Notes: generated by a model not told the origin, from the sequence alone. A stretch of DNA of 64,000 nt from Mariprofundus sp. (GCA_030951045.1 JAUZQJ010000012.1:1417-65416), one strand, 5' to 3'. Shown: positions 49,640 to 59,778, counted from the first letter of the stretch. Program-made: numbers and translations.

Positions 49640-50647
49640 TTAGGGCGTATCAGTTTCGGTTAATTTCAGTGTTATTTCCGGGGATTGTCCATTGTCACGG
49701 AGGTTCAGGTACACTGTTTCTCCATGCACTGCGATACCTGTAATACGTGCTTCTTTGTGGCTGGCTATGCGGTTGAGTCGATTGCCATCATAGGTCCAAA
49801 GACGTGAAGGTTTGTAGCTATCACTGATCCATAACCACTGTCGAGCAGTATCCCACGCCAGATCCATCGGTTGCTTGAGTTCAGCATCATCGAGATAGGT
49901 GGACAATTCAGGATGCTCACTGTCATCCAGCTCTAGCAGCCTTCCCTTGGCGGGTTCAGCGATGAGTATATGGCCATTCGGAAGCACGGTAACCCCCCGA
50001 AGCGGTGTAAAAGCACGGGCTTTGAGGCGAGTCGCTTCAGCTTCGGCACTTTCCGGGTTGGTAATGGAGAGCCAGCCCAATTGTGCATGTAGCACCTGCA
50101 ATTTTCGGCTGCGCAGCGTATATCGATAGAGTCTGCCCTGGGTGTCGGCACCAGCCATGTAGGCAAAATGGCCATCTTGGGAGAAGGCAAAACCGCTGTG
50201 GGTAAAGCGACCTGCAGCTGGTAAGGGTGCAATGGATGGGTGGCTGACAGCAAGCGTGGTGCGCTCTATCCGTTGATCTTCCGGTAGCATTTCAGGTTCG
50301 GAGATGCGCCAGATCATGCCTTGTTTATACTGTTCGCCGATCCACAGGCTGGTATCTGGTGCTATTTTCAGCCCGTGCGCCAGATGCAGGCCGTTGAGAA
50401 GGATCTGGTGATGACCTGTTGCCATGTTGATGGTCGCAAGGCTAGGTGTAGAAAGTCCTGCACTGTTTTCTAGACTGATATAGAGCCATTTCCCATCTTT
50501 GGATGCAGTAATCGATTGGGGGTTAGTGTGTCGAAATGCGACCAATGATTTTACCGACCAGCCACCAGCCAGATCAATCCGGATAGCATCAAATGAGCAG
50601 CTGATCAGCAGCGCAGTCGTGATGAATATAAATAGCAGGCGGGACAT
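49640..50647 (-). CDS. beta-propeller lipoprotein, degenerate PhoX-like
   Basis: Lipobox LISC; GRFTH, G.LYRY, W..I..P, P.DL.WD and ITG..V...VY.NL follow the PhoX (DUF839) motif order. Confidence 0.7.
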   Translation of the reverse strand: MSRLLFIFITTALLISCSFDAIRIDLAGGWSVKSLVAFRHTNPQSITASKDGKWLYISLENSAGLSTPSLATINMATGHHQILLNGLHLAHGLKIAPDTSLWIGEQYKQGMIWRISEPEMLPEDQRIERTTLAVSHPSIAPLPAAGRFTHSGFAFSQDGHFAYMAGADTQGRLYRYTLRSRKLQVLHAQLGWLSITNPESAEAEATRLKARAFTPLRGVTVLPNGHILIAEPAKGRLLELDDSEHPELSTYLDDAELKQPMDLAWDTARQWLWISDSYKPSRLWTYDGNRLNRIASHKEARITGIAVHGETVYLNLRDNGQSPEITLKLTETDTP

Positions 50648-50802
50648 GACTGTAATGTAACTTTTCTTAGGGTGCCTGTGCAAGTACGTTAAAAAATAAG
50701 CTGAGTCGTCTCAGTACTAACAGTTTGGTGGATTTTCTGCGATACTGCGCCGCCATCGGTGAGAGCTGGTGGCGATTAAAGTATAGAAAGGGATCAGGAA
50801 TA

Positions 50803-51864
50803 ATGGCGATGAAATATAATACTGACGATATACGCATTAATGGTATGAGTGAAATTGCAGCACCTGAACAGGTACATAATGAGTATCCGATGAGCGAAAT
50901 CGCTGCGCGCACTACGCATGATACGCGCATGGCCATTCACGATATTTTACAGGGTGAAGATGATCGTGTGTTGGCCATCGTTGGACCATGTTCTATTCAT
51001 AACCCGGATGCCGCCCTGGAGTATGCTCAGCATATCAAACGTATGCGCGAAGAGCTGGGTAATGATCTGTTGATTGTGATGCGTGTCTATTTTGAGAAAC
51101 CACGAACCACTGTCGGTTGGAAAGGGTTGATCAATGATCCTAATCTGGATGATTCGTTTGAAATCAATAAAGGCATTCGCCTGGCGCGCAAACTATTGCT
51201 TGATTTGAATGAGATAGGCGTGCCTGCTGGTACAGAGTTCCTTGATCTGATTACGCCGCAATATGTGGCTGATCTGGTCAGTTGGGGTGCTATTGGTGCG
51301 CGTACTACTGAATCGCAAGGGCATCGTGAGCTTTCCAGTGGGCTCTCTTGTCCTGTTGGATTCAAAAATGGTACAGATGGTGGATTTAAGATTGCTGTTG
51401 ATGCCATTCAGGCAGCACGTCATCCGCATGTGTTTATTTCACTGACTAAACAGGGTAAATCGGCCATTTTCTCTACAGCCGGAAATGATGATTGCCATAT
51501 CATTCTGCGCGGTGGTAAAGAGCCGAATTATGATGCAGCCAGTATTGCTAAAGCCAGTGCCGAACTGGAATCGGCAGGCTTAGCTACACATTTGATGGTG
51601 GATTGCAGTCACGCCAACAGCCGTAAACAGTTCAAACGTCAGATAGACGTGGGCGAAGATCTGGCTGGACAAATTGCTGCAGGAAACGCTTCGATTACTG
51701 GTGTGATGATTGAGTCTCATCTGAATGAAGGGCGTCAGGATGTGGTTGTGGGCGAAAAACCAGCTTTTGGGATCAGTGTGACTGATGCGTGTCTGGGTTG
51801 GGATGATACAGAAGCCCTGTTGCATACATTGGCCTCTGCGGTTCGTAAGCGCCGCGCAATATAA
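50803..51864 (+). CDS. aroG: class I DAHP synthase
   Basis: GPCSIH, RVYFEKPRTTVGWKG, GARTTESQ, DCSHANS and SVTDAC motifs. Confidence 0.96.
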   Translation: MAMKYNTDDIRINGMSEIAAPEQVHNEYPMSEIAARTTHDTRMAIHDILQGEDDRVLAIVGPCSIHNPDAALEYAQHIKRMREELGNDLLIVMRVYFEKPRTTVGWKGLINDPNLDDSFEINKGIRLARKLLLDLNEIGVPAGTEFLDLITPQYVADLVSWGAIGARTTESQGHRELSSGLSCPVGFKNGTDGGFKIAVDAIQAARHPHVFISLTKQGKSAIFSTAGNDDCHIILRGGKEPNYDAASIAKASAELESAGLATHLMVDCSHANSRKQFKRQIDVGEDLAGQIAAGNASITGVMIESHLNEGRQDVVVGEKPAFGISVTDACLGWDDTEALLHTLASAVRKRRAI

Positions 51865-51867
51865 AAT

Positions 51868-51899
51868 AAAATAGGAAGAGCCGAGGCTCTTCCTATTTT
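51868..51899. terminator. bidirectional intrinsic terminator
   Basis: AAAATAGGAAGAGCC-GA-GGCTCTTCCTATTTT perfect inverted repeat between convergent genes. Confidence 0.85.
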
Positions 51900-51940
51900 G
51901 TATGCGTTCATAAGATGTGGGTTATTCAGTCATCAAGTCA

Positions 51941-52408
51941 TTAATCTTCTTTCTTTTTGGCCTCATTGATACGCAGGGTGCGACCGGCGTAATCAGTACC
52001 ATCCAGGTGCTCGATAGCTGCTTTTGCACCATTGGCTGACATTTCAACAAAACCATAACCTTTAAAACGTTTACTGCGACGGTCTTTTACCAGGCGAATG
52101 TCGAGCACGTCACCATAGGGCGAAAAGATATTTTTGATATCATCTTCTCCTGCATTAAATGGTAAGTTGCCAACATAGATGTTTCTGCTATCGGCATTGG
52201 CTGCATCATTTGGAGTGCTGTTCTTTTCTCCGCCTTTTGGTGCTAGAGCAACCAACAGGCCACCGAAAACAGTGCCGATGAATAGCCCGGTTGCCAATAC
52301 AGAGCCCGCAGGTACACCTGTAAATCCAAACATGTTACCCAACAGATAACCGACCAGCGATACAACCAGACTTACTGCCAATAATTTAATGAAACACGAA
52401 CTACTCAT
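51941..52408 (-). CDS. RRM RNA-binding protein with two N-terminal TM helices
   Basis: RNP2 IYVGNL and RNP1 KGYGFVEM; hydrophobic N-terminus; GGGAG RBS before ATG 52408. Confidence 0.9.
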   Translation of the reverse strand: MSSSCFIKLLAVSLVVSLVGYLLGNMFGFTGVPAGSVLATGLFIGTVFGGLLVALAPKGGEKNSTPNDAANADSRNIYVGNLPFNAGEDDIKNIFSPYGDVLDIRLVKDRRSKRFKGYGFVEMSANGAKAAIEHLDGTDYAGRTLRINEAKKKED

Positions 52409-52569
52409 ATTTTCTCCCTGAAAGCTGCAGAAATGCGCAGCGAATTGAAAGCGAAGGATGCCAACAATGGTGATGAAAAGCACGGCTTATCCATGGGGCG
52501 TGTTGAAAATAGTAATAGGCATTGCGTTATTGTGGATGCAAAAAAATAGTTGGCCCATACAATACGCCC

Positions 52570-53490
52570 ATGAGCCGTAAAGTGATCCCTATCCAAACAG
52601 AAATGCAAGGCGAACCCATGGTGGGTAAACCCTCATGGTTAAAAGTGCGCGCGCCGATGTCGAAAGAGTATAATGATATTGTGCAGATGATGCGTGACTT
52701 GAAGCTGAATACCGTTTGTGAAGAGGCCTCGTGCCCCAATATCGGGAGCTGTTGGAAGCAGGGTTCGGCCACGTTTATGATTTTAGGACGTGTTTGCACA
52801 CGCACTTGTGCATTTTGTGATGTGGAAACCGGTCGCCCTGATGCGGTAGATCTTGATGAGCCGGTGAACCTGGCCAAGGCTGTCGCCCAGATTGGCCTGA
52901 AACATGTGGTGATCACATCGGTGGATCGTGATGATCTTAAGGATGGTGGGGCTGGGCACTATGCAACGGTGATCAGAGAGCTTAAAGCGCGTCAACCGGA
53001 TGTGACGATTGAAATTCTCACGCCGGATTTTCAACGCAAAGCGGATTCCTGCCTGAATACCATTATGGATGCAAAACCAGATATCTTTAACCATAATCTG
53101 GAAACAGTACCGCGCCTCTACCGTTCCGTGCGTCCGGGCGCACGTTATTTTACCAGCTTACGGTTATTACAGCGCGCCAAAGAAGTTGATCCTGATGTAG
53201 TCACCAAGTCAGGCATTATGCTGGGACTTGGTGAAGAACGGGATGAAGTATTGCAGGTGCTCGATGATATGCGTGAAGCGAATATCGATATTCTTACCAT
53301 CGGGCAATATTTGCGGCCGAGTGAAAAGCATCATCCGGTCATGAAATATTGGACGCCGGAAGAGTTTGACGATTTTAAATACATCGCCGAGAAAAAAGGC
53401 TTTGGCATGGTTGCCTCTGGCCCTCTGGTGCGTTCATCCTTTCATGCTGACGAAGTATTCAACGCATTGAAACTGCGCAGGAACAAATAA
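52570..53490 (+). CDS. lipA: lipoyl synthase
   Basis: [25 protein letters not shown] and VRSSFHA motifs. Confidence 0.97.
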   Translation: MSRKVIPIQTEMQGEPMVGKPSWLKVRAPMSKEYNDIVQMMRDLKLNTVCEEASCPNIGSCWKQGSATFMILGRVCTRTCAFCDVETGRPDAVDLDEPVNLAKAVAQIGLKHVVITSVDRDDLKDGGAGHYATVIRELKARQPDVTIEILTPDFQRKADSCLNTIMDAKPDIFNHNLETVPRLYRSVRPGARYFTSLRLLQRAKEVDPDVVTKSGIMLGLGEERDEVLQVLDDMREANIDILTIGQYLRPSEKHHPVMKYWTPEEFDDFKYIAEKKGFGMVASGPLVRSSFHADEVFNALKLRRNK

Positions 53491-53541
53491 ACTGTTCTGT
53501 TTCTCTGTTTGTCGTTTGTCTTACGCAGTGAGGCAAGCTGA

Positions 53542-53790
53542 ATGAACGTTCAACATCATATCTGTTTAGCCAGAGCGGTTCGTATCTTTGAGTTGACAAG
53601 GCGCAAGCGGTTTGCCAAATCCGCGCTCAGTGAATTGATCGATGGAGATCCTGATCCATTGGGCATTGATATGATTATTGAACAGTACGGTATCAAAGTC
53701 CCTAAGACCCAGTACAGCAAAAAGATGATAACACTGGCCTATAAACGCGCTCTACAAGCCGCGAAGAATCGATCCGTAGACTCAGGGTGA
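53542..53790 (+). CDS. hypothetical protein (82 aa)
   Basis: ORF with GAGG RBS; no recognised domain. Confidence 0.55.
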   Translation: MNVQHHICLARAVRIFELTRRKRFAKSALSELIDGDPDPLGIDMIIEQYGIKVPKTQYSKKMITLAYKRALQAAKNRSVDSG

Positions 53791-53816
53791 AGCCTGGATG
53801 TTGCTTTGGGACGCAT

Positions 53817-54095
53817 TTATTTGAATGGGTTTTCCACTGTATTGGTGCGAATACAGATCTTTTGACTTCGATGACGCCCCTCAACCTCCCATAGGATATG
53901 CTCAACACTAGTAACCTTTAATACTTTATGCGGGTTTGACATAGTAAATGCAGATGTATTGATATACTCGCCTTTTGAAATGGTCATAAAAGGGGTGCCA
54001 CTAGTAAAAACAGCAGCTATACGGCTATCATCATTGGGTTCATATATTTCTAAAACATATTTGGTAGTTAAGTTAGATTCTTTCAATGTTGGCAT
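53817..54095 (-). CDS. hypothetical protein (92 aa)
   Basis: ORF with AAGGA immediately upstream; beta-rich; AT-rich. Confidence 0.65.
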   Translation of the reverse strand: MPTLKESNLTTKYVLEIYEPNDDSRIAAVFTSGTPFMTISKGEYINTSAFTMSNPHKVLKVTSVEHILWEVEGRHRSQKICIRTNTVENPFK

Positions 54096-54234
54096 CCTTT
54101 AAAGTTATCACTTCCCAATAGGTGTAATCAGCATTCCTCAGTTTTGATTGCATACGCTCAACTCTGATAAGGCGATATGGTGAACGTTGAGAAGGGGACT
54201 GTCTATTTGTTCGCTGAATATCTTTATTGCGTTC

Positions 54235-54564
54235 TCAGGCGGGGGCGTCTTGCGAGCCAAGGAAAAGGAGCGTGTTGATGTTGTCTCTGTGTACTCTTTC
54301 TGATTGATTATTCTCTGCGGAGACAAAGGAAATCGCTTGTGTTTGTACCAGTTTTCCTCTTATATCATCACCGGTATTGGTCTTGATTTCATCACTAAGA
54401 GGGTAGCCTGTGCCTTCCGAACGAGCAAAGTGAATGTGCACAATATTTTCTTTTTTTACAGTGACATCACCAAATGCAGTTTTAATTTTAAATTCATTTT
54501 TTATTACTTTACCGGACTGCGCTTGACCGTCTCTCAATACAAGCAGGTCTTTTGAATATGCCAT
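54235..54564 (-). CDS. hypothetical protein with two tandem small beta-barrel-like repeats
   Basis: AGGAG RBS before ATG 54564; D....G....GK pattern occurs twice. Confidence 0.7.
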   Translation of the reverse strand: MAYSKDLLVLRDGQAQSGKVIKNEFKIKTAFGDVTVKKENIVHIHFARSEGTGYPLSDEIKTNTGDDIRGKLVQTQAISFVSAENNQSERVHRDNINTLLFLGSQDAPA

Positions 54565-54921
54565 TGAATTCTCCTGGGTTTCTAATACCTGATTTGATAA
54601 TGCATGCACGTCTTCATGTGTTACCTTTCTTAGTTCACCTATATGGTATTTGGGGTTGAATATTAAATAGCAGTCAAGGGTAAGACTCAGTTATTTTAGT
54701 TCTGAATAATCTATGCCTAATCAGGGCGTTTTGCCAATGGTGCATGTTTAAGTGCAGGGCAGTCGCATTAAAACACCCTGTGTTTTACAGCATATTCAGT
54801 ATTTTCCACCGCAATTCTTTTATTATTTTAATGCGATTGCCCTATGTTTAAGTGGGGAAATGCTTACCATGAAATAGTTGTTTTATGAGCTGTGAACCAA
54901 TAAATAAAGCAGGTACAAGCT

Positions 54922-57048
54922 TTAGTTTAAATATTGTTTCAGTTCATTCAGATCCGTTGTGGGTCGGTTGCACTGAAAGTGTTCGCAGACGTAAGCGGTG
55001 ACTGTGTCATCGATGGAAGATTGACCACGGGTGAATGGAGCCAGTTTTTCGATGGCCTCATCATGCCATAAAATCACGGTGTTGGGCCGATATCGGCTGT
55101 GAATAAGCGCAAGCATTTTTTTTGCTTCATCGGAGTTTCGGTCACCTGCTAGTACTATTTCCCTGCCTGTGGATTGTGCTAATAAAACGGCAGAAAGCAT
55201 GTGAAGTACGCCGCTGGGTGCGCGCTGTGCAGTGCCTGCAAAGTGATCGGCCATGGTGGCTGCTTCTTTTGCCAGGCTGGCATCACCGGTTAATCGGGAT
55301 AAACGCAACAGGTTATGCATGGCAACAGCATTGCCGGATGGCAGAGCTGCATCGAACACCTCCATGGGGCGCGCAATCAGCTCAGCATTCTCTTCCACCT
55401 GGTAAAAACCACCATTCTCCCCCTTGAAGCGTTTAAGCATGGTTTTGTTCAGGGACAGTGCAGATGCTAACCAGCGCGGTTCAAGACTTGCTTCGTAGAG
55501 CTCGGTTAAACCCCAAACCATGGAGCTATAATCTTCCAGTTGCCCGTGGATGGCGGCTTGACCCTTTCGCCAACGGTGTTTTAACACGCCGTCTTTATGC
55601 AGGTGATTGAGAATGAAATCAGCTGATTTCGAGGCCGCTTCGATATAATGCGGTTCATTGAGGATGCGTCCGGTAATAGATAGAGCTGCGATGGTTAAGC
55701 CGTTCCAATCCGTTAATACCTTATCATCAAGAAAGGGACGAATGCGCTGGTCACGAGCATCCATGAGTCGTTTTCTGTCCGCAGCAAAACGCTCTAAATC
55801 GATTGAAGCTGATTGATGTAGGATGTTTTTGCCGGTTTTTTTGCGTTTCGTTTCATCGCTGAAATTGCCATTTCCTTCTGCGCCGTAGGCCTGCATGAAT
55901 GCAGCAGCACGCTTGCCTAAAAGTGTGCTTATTTCTACCGAACTCCAGAGATAAAATTTTCCTTCCTCGCCTTCAGAGTCGGCATCTTCAGCAGCATAAA
56001 AAGCACCATTGGTATGGCGCATATCTCGTAGTAGATAATCGGCGATATGTCTCGCTGTGTAGGCGAAGCTGGCATTACCGGTGGCCTGCCATCCCTCGGC
56101 ATAGACCATCATCAGCATGGCCTGATCGTAGAGCATTTTTTCGAAATGAGGCAGTAACCACGCTGCATCAGTGGAGTAACGATGAAAACCGCCACCAAGC
56201 TGATCGTGAATGCCACCGCGCTGCATGGCATCCAGGGTTTTCTCAACCATGGCCAGCGCTTCGGGTTTCTCTTTCAGGGTTGCGTAACGCAGCAGAAACA
56301 GGAGTCGCTGTACGCTTGGAAATTTTGGTTTTTCACCGAAACCGCCATGGCTGATATCAAAGTGTTTAGCCGTGGCAAGATAAGCCTGATCAATTAGTGC
56401 GGTATCAATTTTAGCCGTGCTGCCATTGGATGAAATAGCCGGAGTGATGCTTTTGATACTGTGCTTGAGTGCGGCGGCAATGGAATCGGCAGATGCTTCA
56501 ACGTTTTCACGATCCTGCTGCCACATGGTGCCGGCTCGCTCTGCCAATTCCATCAGGCCCAGACGCCCAAAGCGGCTCTGCTTGGGCAGGTAGGTGGAGG
56601 CATAAAATGGTTTTTTGTCCGACGTGAGTAAAAGATTGAGTGGCCAGCCGCCGCTACCATTCATCAATTGTGCTGCACGCATATAGATGGCATCAATATC
56701 AGGGCGTTCCTCCCGATCTACTTTGATGCTAATGAAATATCGGTTGAGCAGTTCAGCCACAGCGGGGTCTTCAAACGATTCATTTTCCATCACATGGCAC
56801 CAGTGGCAGGTTGAATAACCAATGGAGAGGAATACCGGCTTATTCTGCAAACGCGCCAGAGTGAAGGCATCTTCTCCCCACGGCAGCCAGTGCACAGGAT
56901 TGTGGGCATGTTGTTGCAGGTAGGGGCTGGACTCATGAATAAGGGCATTGGTGTAAGGGGGTTGCTCTTTCATCAGATTGGCCTCCTGGCTATTGGCGAC
57001 TGAAATCAGCATGACTGAAATCAGCGAAGCTATAATCAAGTTATACAT
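54922..57048 (-). CDS. YyaL/SSP411 thioredoxin-domain plus alpha/alpha-barrel protein
   Basis: [44 protein letters not shown] and DADSEGEEG motifs; N-terminal signal-like segment. Confidence 0.93.
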   Translation of the reverse strand: MYNLIIASLISVMLISVANSQEANLMKEQPPYTNALIHESSPYLQQHAHNPVHWLPWGEDAFTLARLQNKPVFLSIGYSTCHWCHVMENESFEDPAVAELLNRYFISIKVDREERPDIDAIYMRAAQLMNGSGGWPLNLLLTSDKKPFYASTYLPKQSRFGRLGLMELAERAGTMWQQDRENVEASADSIAAALKHSIKSITPAISSNGSTAKIDTALIDQAYLATAKHFDISHGGFGEKPKFPSVQRLLFLLRYATLKEKPEALAMVEKTLDAMQRGGIHDQLGGGFHRYSTDAAWLLPHFEKMLYDQAMLMMVYAEGWQATGNASFAYTARHIADYLLRDMRHTNGAFYAAEDADSEGEEGKFYLWSSVEISTLLGKRAAAFMQAYGAEGNGNFSDETKRKKTGKNILHQSASIDLERFAADRKRLMDARDQRIRPFLDDKVLTDWNGLTIAALSITGRILNEPHYIEAASKSADFILNHLHKDGVLKHRWRKGQAAIHGQLEDYSSMVWGLTELYEASLEPRWLASALSLNKTMLKRFKGENGGFYQVEENAELIARPMEVFDAALPSGNAVAMHNLLRLSRLTGDASLAKEAATMADHFAGTAQRAPSGVLHMLSAVLLAQSTGREIVLAGDRNSDEAKKMLALIHSRYRPNTVILWHDEAIEKLAPFTRGQSSIDDTVTAYVCEHFQCNRPTTDLNELKQYLN

Positions 57049-58159
57049 GTGCCTCTTTTCTAATAGCAAACGATACAGCTTCACCGGGTTCATCTCCTAA
57101 ACAACAGACCGAATGCCAGACACAGGTATCGAAGTCGCGTTGCGGCATTAACAGCACATCACCGGCATGCAGAATATAGGCAAAACCTTGCGCAATGAGG
57201 TGTTCAATAAAAGCAGGACATCTATCCATGATCGCTTCGATAAGCTCATGGTCATTTTCATCCATGTAGTCAGACAACGCTGCTTTATCTTTCAATAGCT
57301 GATGCAAATCATTTTGATCATTTTCAGATGGAATCAATAGTGCAATCTCAGCTGTAAATGTTGGATCATTCGTAAAGCTAATGAGTTCATCCATCAAGCG
57401 GGGTTTGGCCAAGGCCAGCCAGAAGGTGCTACCGGATAGTTGGGCAAACACCACACCATCATGGCCACGCTCAACATCGTGATGCATCTGGGCACCGCCG
57501 CCGGGCGCATTAAAGTAAACGATACGCTCCACAAAAGCAGGTTGACCGCCAAGCAGCTCCTGCAAAATAGGTAAGAGTTGAAGATTCCCGGTTAAGGCTG
57601 CTGATTCAGGGAATATTGCATCGCATAGTTTGCCAGCCCATAGCTGGCGCAGAGGGTCGGCTGCGACATCTTCCAGCGATTCCATGCCAAAAGAGAATCG
57701 AAAACGCAGCGATGCATCATTTTCAAGGAATGATAACCATGATGCTTTGCACCAGAGATCTTCCGCCAGGGCCTGATCATTATTGGCTTTGGCAATGGCA
57801 TCAAAATAAACTTTTTCGATGGCCTGTTCATCGTGCTCTTCCATGGAGGATGCCACCCGAGGCAGCTGATCACCGAGTCGGTCGGGGTAGGGAGGTAGAT
57901 CCAGACTGGGAGAGAGCTCGCCGGATTCGAGTGTATTCAGCATTAACTGATGTGATTGTTCGATGTCGGCTTGCCAGTCATCCAGTTGTAAGAGTGAGGG
58001 TAGCATTATGGCTTTATCTTGTTTCCATGCAGCGACAATCGCAGCTTGTTCGGGCATCTGCGGGCGCCGTGGTTGTTTGACCCAGCCAAGCTGAAAACCA
58101 CGGCGTATTAATGCTTTGTAATCAGGTGCATCTGTCTGTTTAAGGTATTGAATACTCAC
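57041..58159 (-). CDS. JmjC/cupin-like putative 2OG-Fe(II) oxygenase
   Basis: HHD...[10 protein letters not shown], then [10 protein letters not shown]...WHSV...G...SF, giving an HxD...H triad. Confidence 0.7.
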   Translation of the reverse strand: MSIQYLKQTDAPDYKALIRRGFQLGWVKQPRRPQMPEQAAIVAAWKQDKAIMLPSLLQLDDWQADIEQSHQLMLNTLESGELSPSLDLPPYPDRLGDQLPRVASSMEEHDEQAIEKVYFDAIAKANNDQALAEDLWCKASWLSFLENDASLRFRFSFGMESLEDVAADPLRQLWAGKLCDAIFPESAALTGNLQLLPILQELLGGQPAFVERIVYFNAPGGGAQMHHDVERGHDGVVFAQLSGSTFWLALAKPRLMDELISFTNDPTFTAEIALLIPSENDQNDLHQLLKDKAALSDYMDENDHELIEAIMDRCPAFIEHLIAQGFAYILHAGDVLLMPQRDFDTCVWHSVCCLGDEPGEAVSFAIRKEAHV

Positions 58160-58161
58160 GA

Positions 58162-59778
58162 TTAACGAGGCCCCGCAGCGGTTACTTCTGCAGGCACATG
58201 ATCAGTGAACCGGGCAAAAGCACCTTTAAATTTTGCAGCCAGTTGTTTGGCCGCTGTTGTATATGTTTTTGGATTTTCCTGATCATGCCAGGTCGCAATC
58301 GGGTCAAGCTGATCTGGCATTTGCATGCCTAGAACGGGGTGTGCCTGATAGCTGAGGTCATCCAGATTGCCGTTTAATGCGGCGGTGATCAATGTACGTG
58401 TTAATTCAATGTTCATGCGTTCGCCAAGGCCGACAGGGCCGCCGCTCCAGCCTGTATTAATCAACCAGCACTGAACATTTCCACGGCGTACTTTGGCACC
58501 GAGTACTTTTGCAGAAACGGAAGGATGCATCGCCATCAATGGTATGCCGCAGCAGGGGCTGAATGTGGCAACTGGTTCAGCGTCTTTTTCATGATTATCG
58601 GCAGGATGTGATCCATAACCCAGTAGATAATAATAGATGAGTTGTTCCGGCGTTAATCGCGAGATGGCAGGCAATACACCAAAGGCATCCGAGGCGAGTA
58701 AAATAAGGTTTGTTGGACTACTGATCGTGTAAGGAGGAGAGGCAGCGTTGGATAACGCGCTAATCGGATAAGCTGCTCGGGTATTTTCAGTCAGTGTGGC
58801 ATCAGCAAAGTCAATGCGACGGTGTTGAGTATCCATACCAACATTTTCCAGAATCGAGCCAAATTGCTGGCTGGCGGCATGTATTACTGGTTCACGGTCT
58901 TTGTCGAGCCGGTTGATGCTGGCGTAACAGCCTGCTTCAAAATTGAAAATATGCTCGTTATTCCAGCCGTGTATGTCATCTCCAAGAAAGCTGCGGGATG
59001 GATCCGATGCCAGTGTAGTTTTGCCACTGCCATCCGGTCCAAGAAACAGGGTGGCATCGCCGTTGTCACTGACGTTTACGGCTGCATGCAGCTGCAGCAC
59101 ATCTGATTTCACCAGCAGATGATTCATGATGGCGAAAACAGTATTTTTGATCTCACCTGCATAGGCAGTGCCGCCTATGAGTGCAATGCGCAGGCTTGGG
59201 TCGATGATGACAAATGTCTCTGAATTGGTGCCGTCACGGCCAGGTACTGCGTGAAAATGCGGCACGTGAATAATGGTGAATTCAGGTGCCTTGAAATCGT
59301 TTTTTTGACTAAGGTCGGAGGCTCGAACGAACATAGTTTTGACAAACAGGCCATGCCAGGCGTCTTGCGTAATGATGCGTATCGATTTTTGATGCTCTGA
59401 TTCGGCTGCAACCAAACAGTCCTCGACATACAGTTGACGCCCTTCCAGATAGCCGCGCACGCGATTGAGCAAGGCCTCAAATTGCGCTTTGGACAGAGAG
59501 CGATCAAAGTCACCATGGGTGTCCTCTAAATTGTTCAGAGAATCACCTACAATATACTTATCTTTCACTGACTGACCGGTGAAGTGGCCATTGCGTACCA
59601 CCAAAGCCCCTTGATGGGCTAAGTGTCCTTCTCTATTGCGCAGAGCATGCTCATAAAACAGAGGGGTAGGCATGTTCCAGAACACATCTTCCAGGTTTTT
59701 TAATCCCAGATGATTCAGGGCTAGTTCTTCACTGATCTGTTTGCTTGTATACGGCACTGATATGCTCTCCCTTGCCAC
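58162..59778 (-). CDS. pckA: ATP-dependent PEP carboxykinase homologue with a degenerate active site
   Basis: GGTAYAGEIK, GSGKTT, GDDIHGW, FNFEAGCYA, TENTRAAYP, DAFGVLP and NTGW motifs; several invariant residues are changed. Confidence 0.85.
   Translation of the reverse strand: MARESISVPYTSKQISEELALNHLGLKNLEDVFWNMPTPLFYEHALRNREGHLAHQGALVVRNGHFTGQSVKDKYIVGDSLNNLEDTHGDFDRSLSKAQFEALLNRVRGYLEGRQLYVEDCLVAAESEHQKSIRIITQDAWHGLFVKTMFVRASDLSQKNDFKAPEFTIIHVPHFHAVPGRDGTNSETFVIIDPSLRIALIGGTAYAGEIKNTVFAIMNHLLVKSDVLQLHAAVNVSDNGDATLFLGPDGSGKTTLASDPSRSFLGDDIHGWNNEHIFNFEAGCYASINRLDKDREPVIHAASQQFGSILENVGMDTQHRRIDFADATLTENTRAAYPISALSNAASPPYTISSPTNLILLASDAFGVLPAISRLTPEQLIYYYLLGYGSHPADNHEKDAEPVATFSPCCGIPLMAMHPSVSAKVLGAKVRRGNVQCWLINTGWSGGPVGLGERMNIELTRTLITAALNGNLDDLSYQAHPVLGMQMPDQLDPIATWHDQENPKTYTTAAKQLAAKFKGAFARFTDHVPAEVTAAGPR

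Noticed and set aside
56998-57025. 13-bp direct repeat GACTGAAATCAGC x2
   Set aside because: Only two copies, coding LISV twice in a signal-like segment; a trivial micro-duplication.
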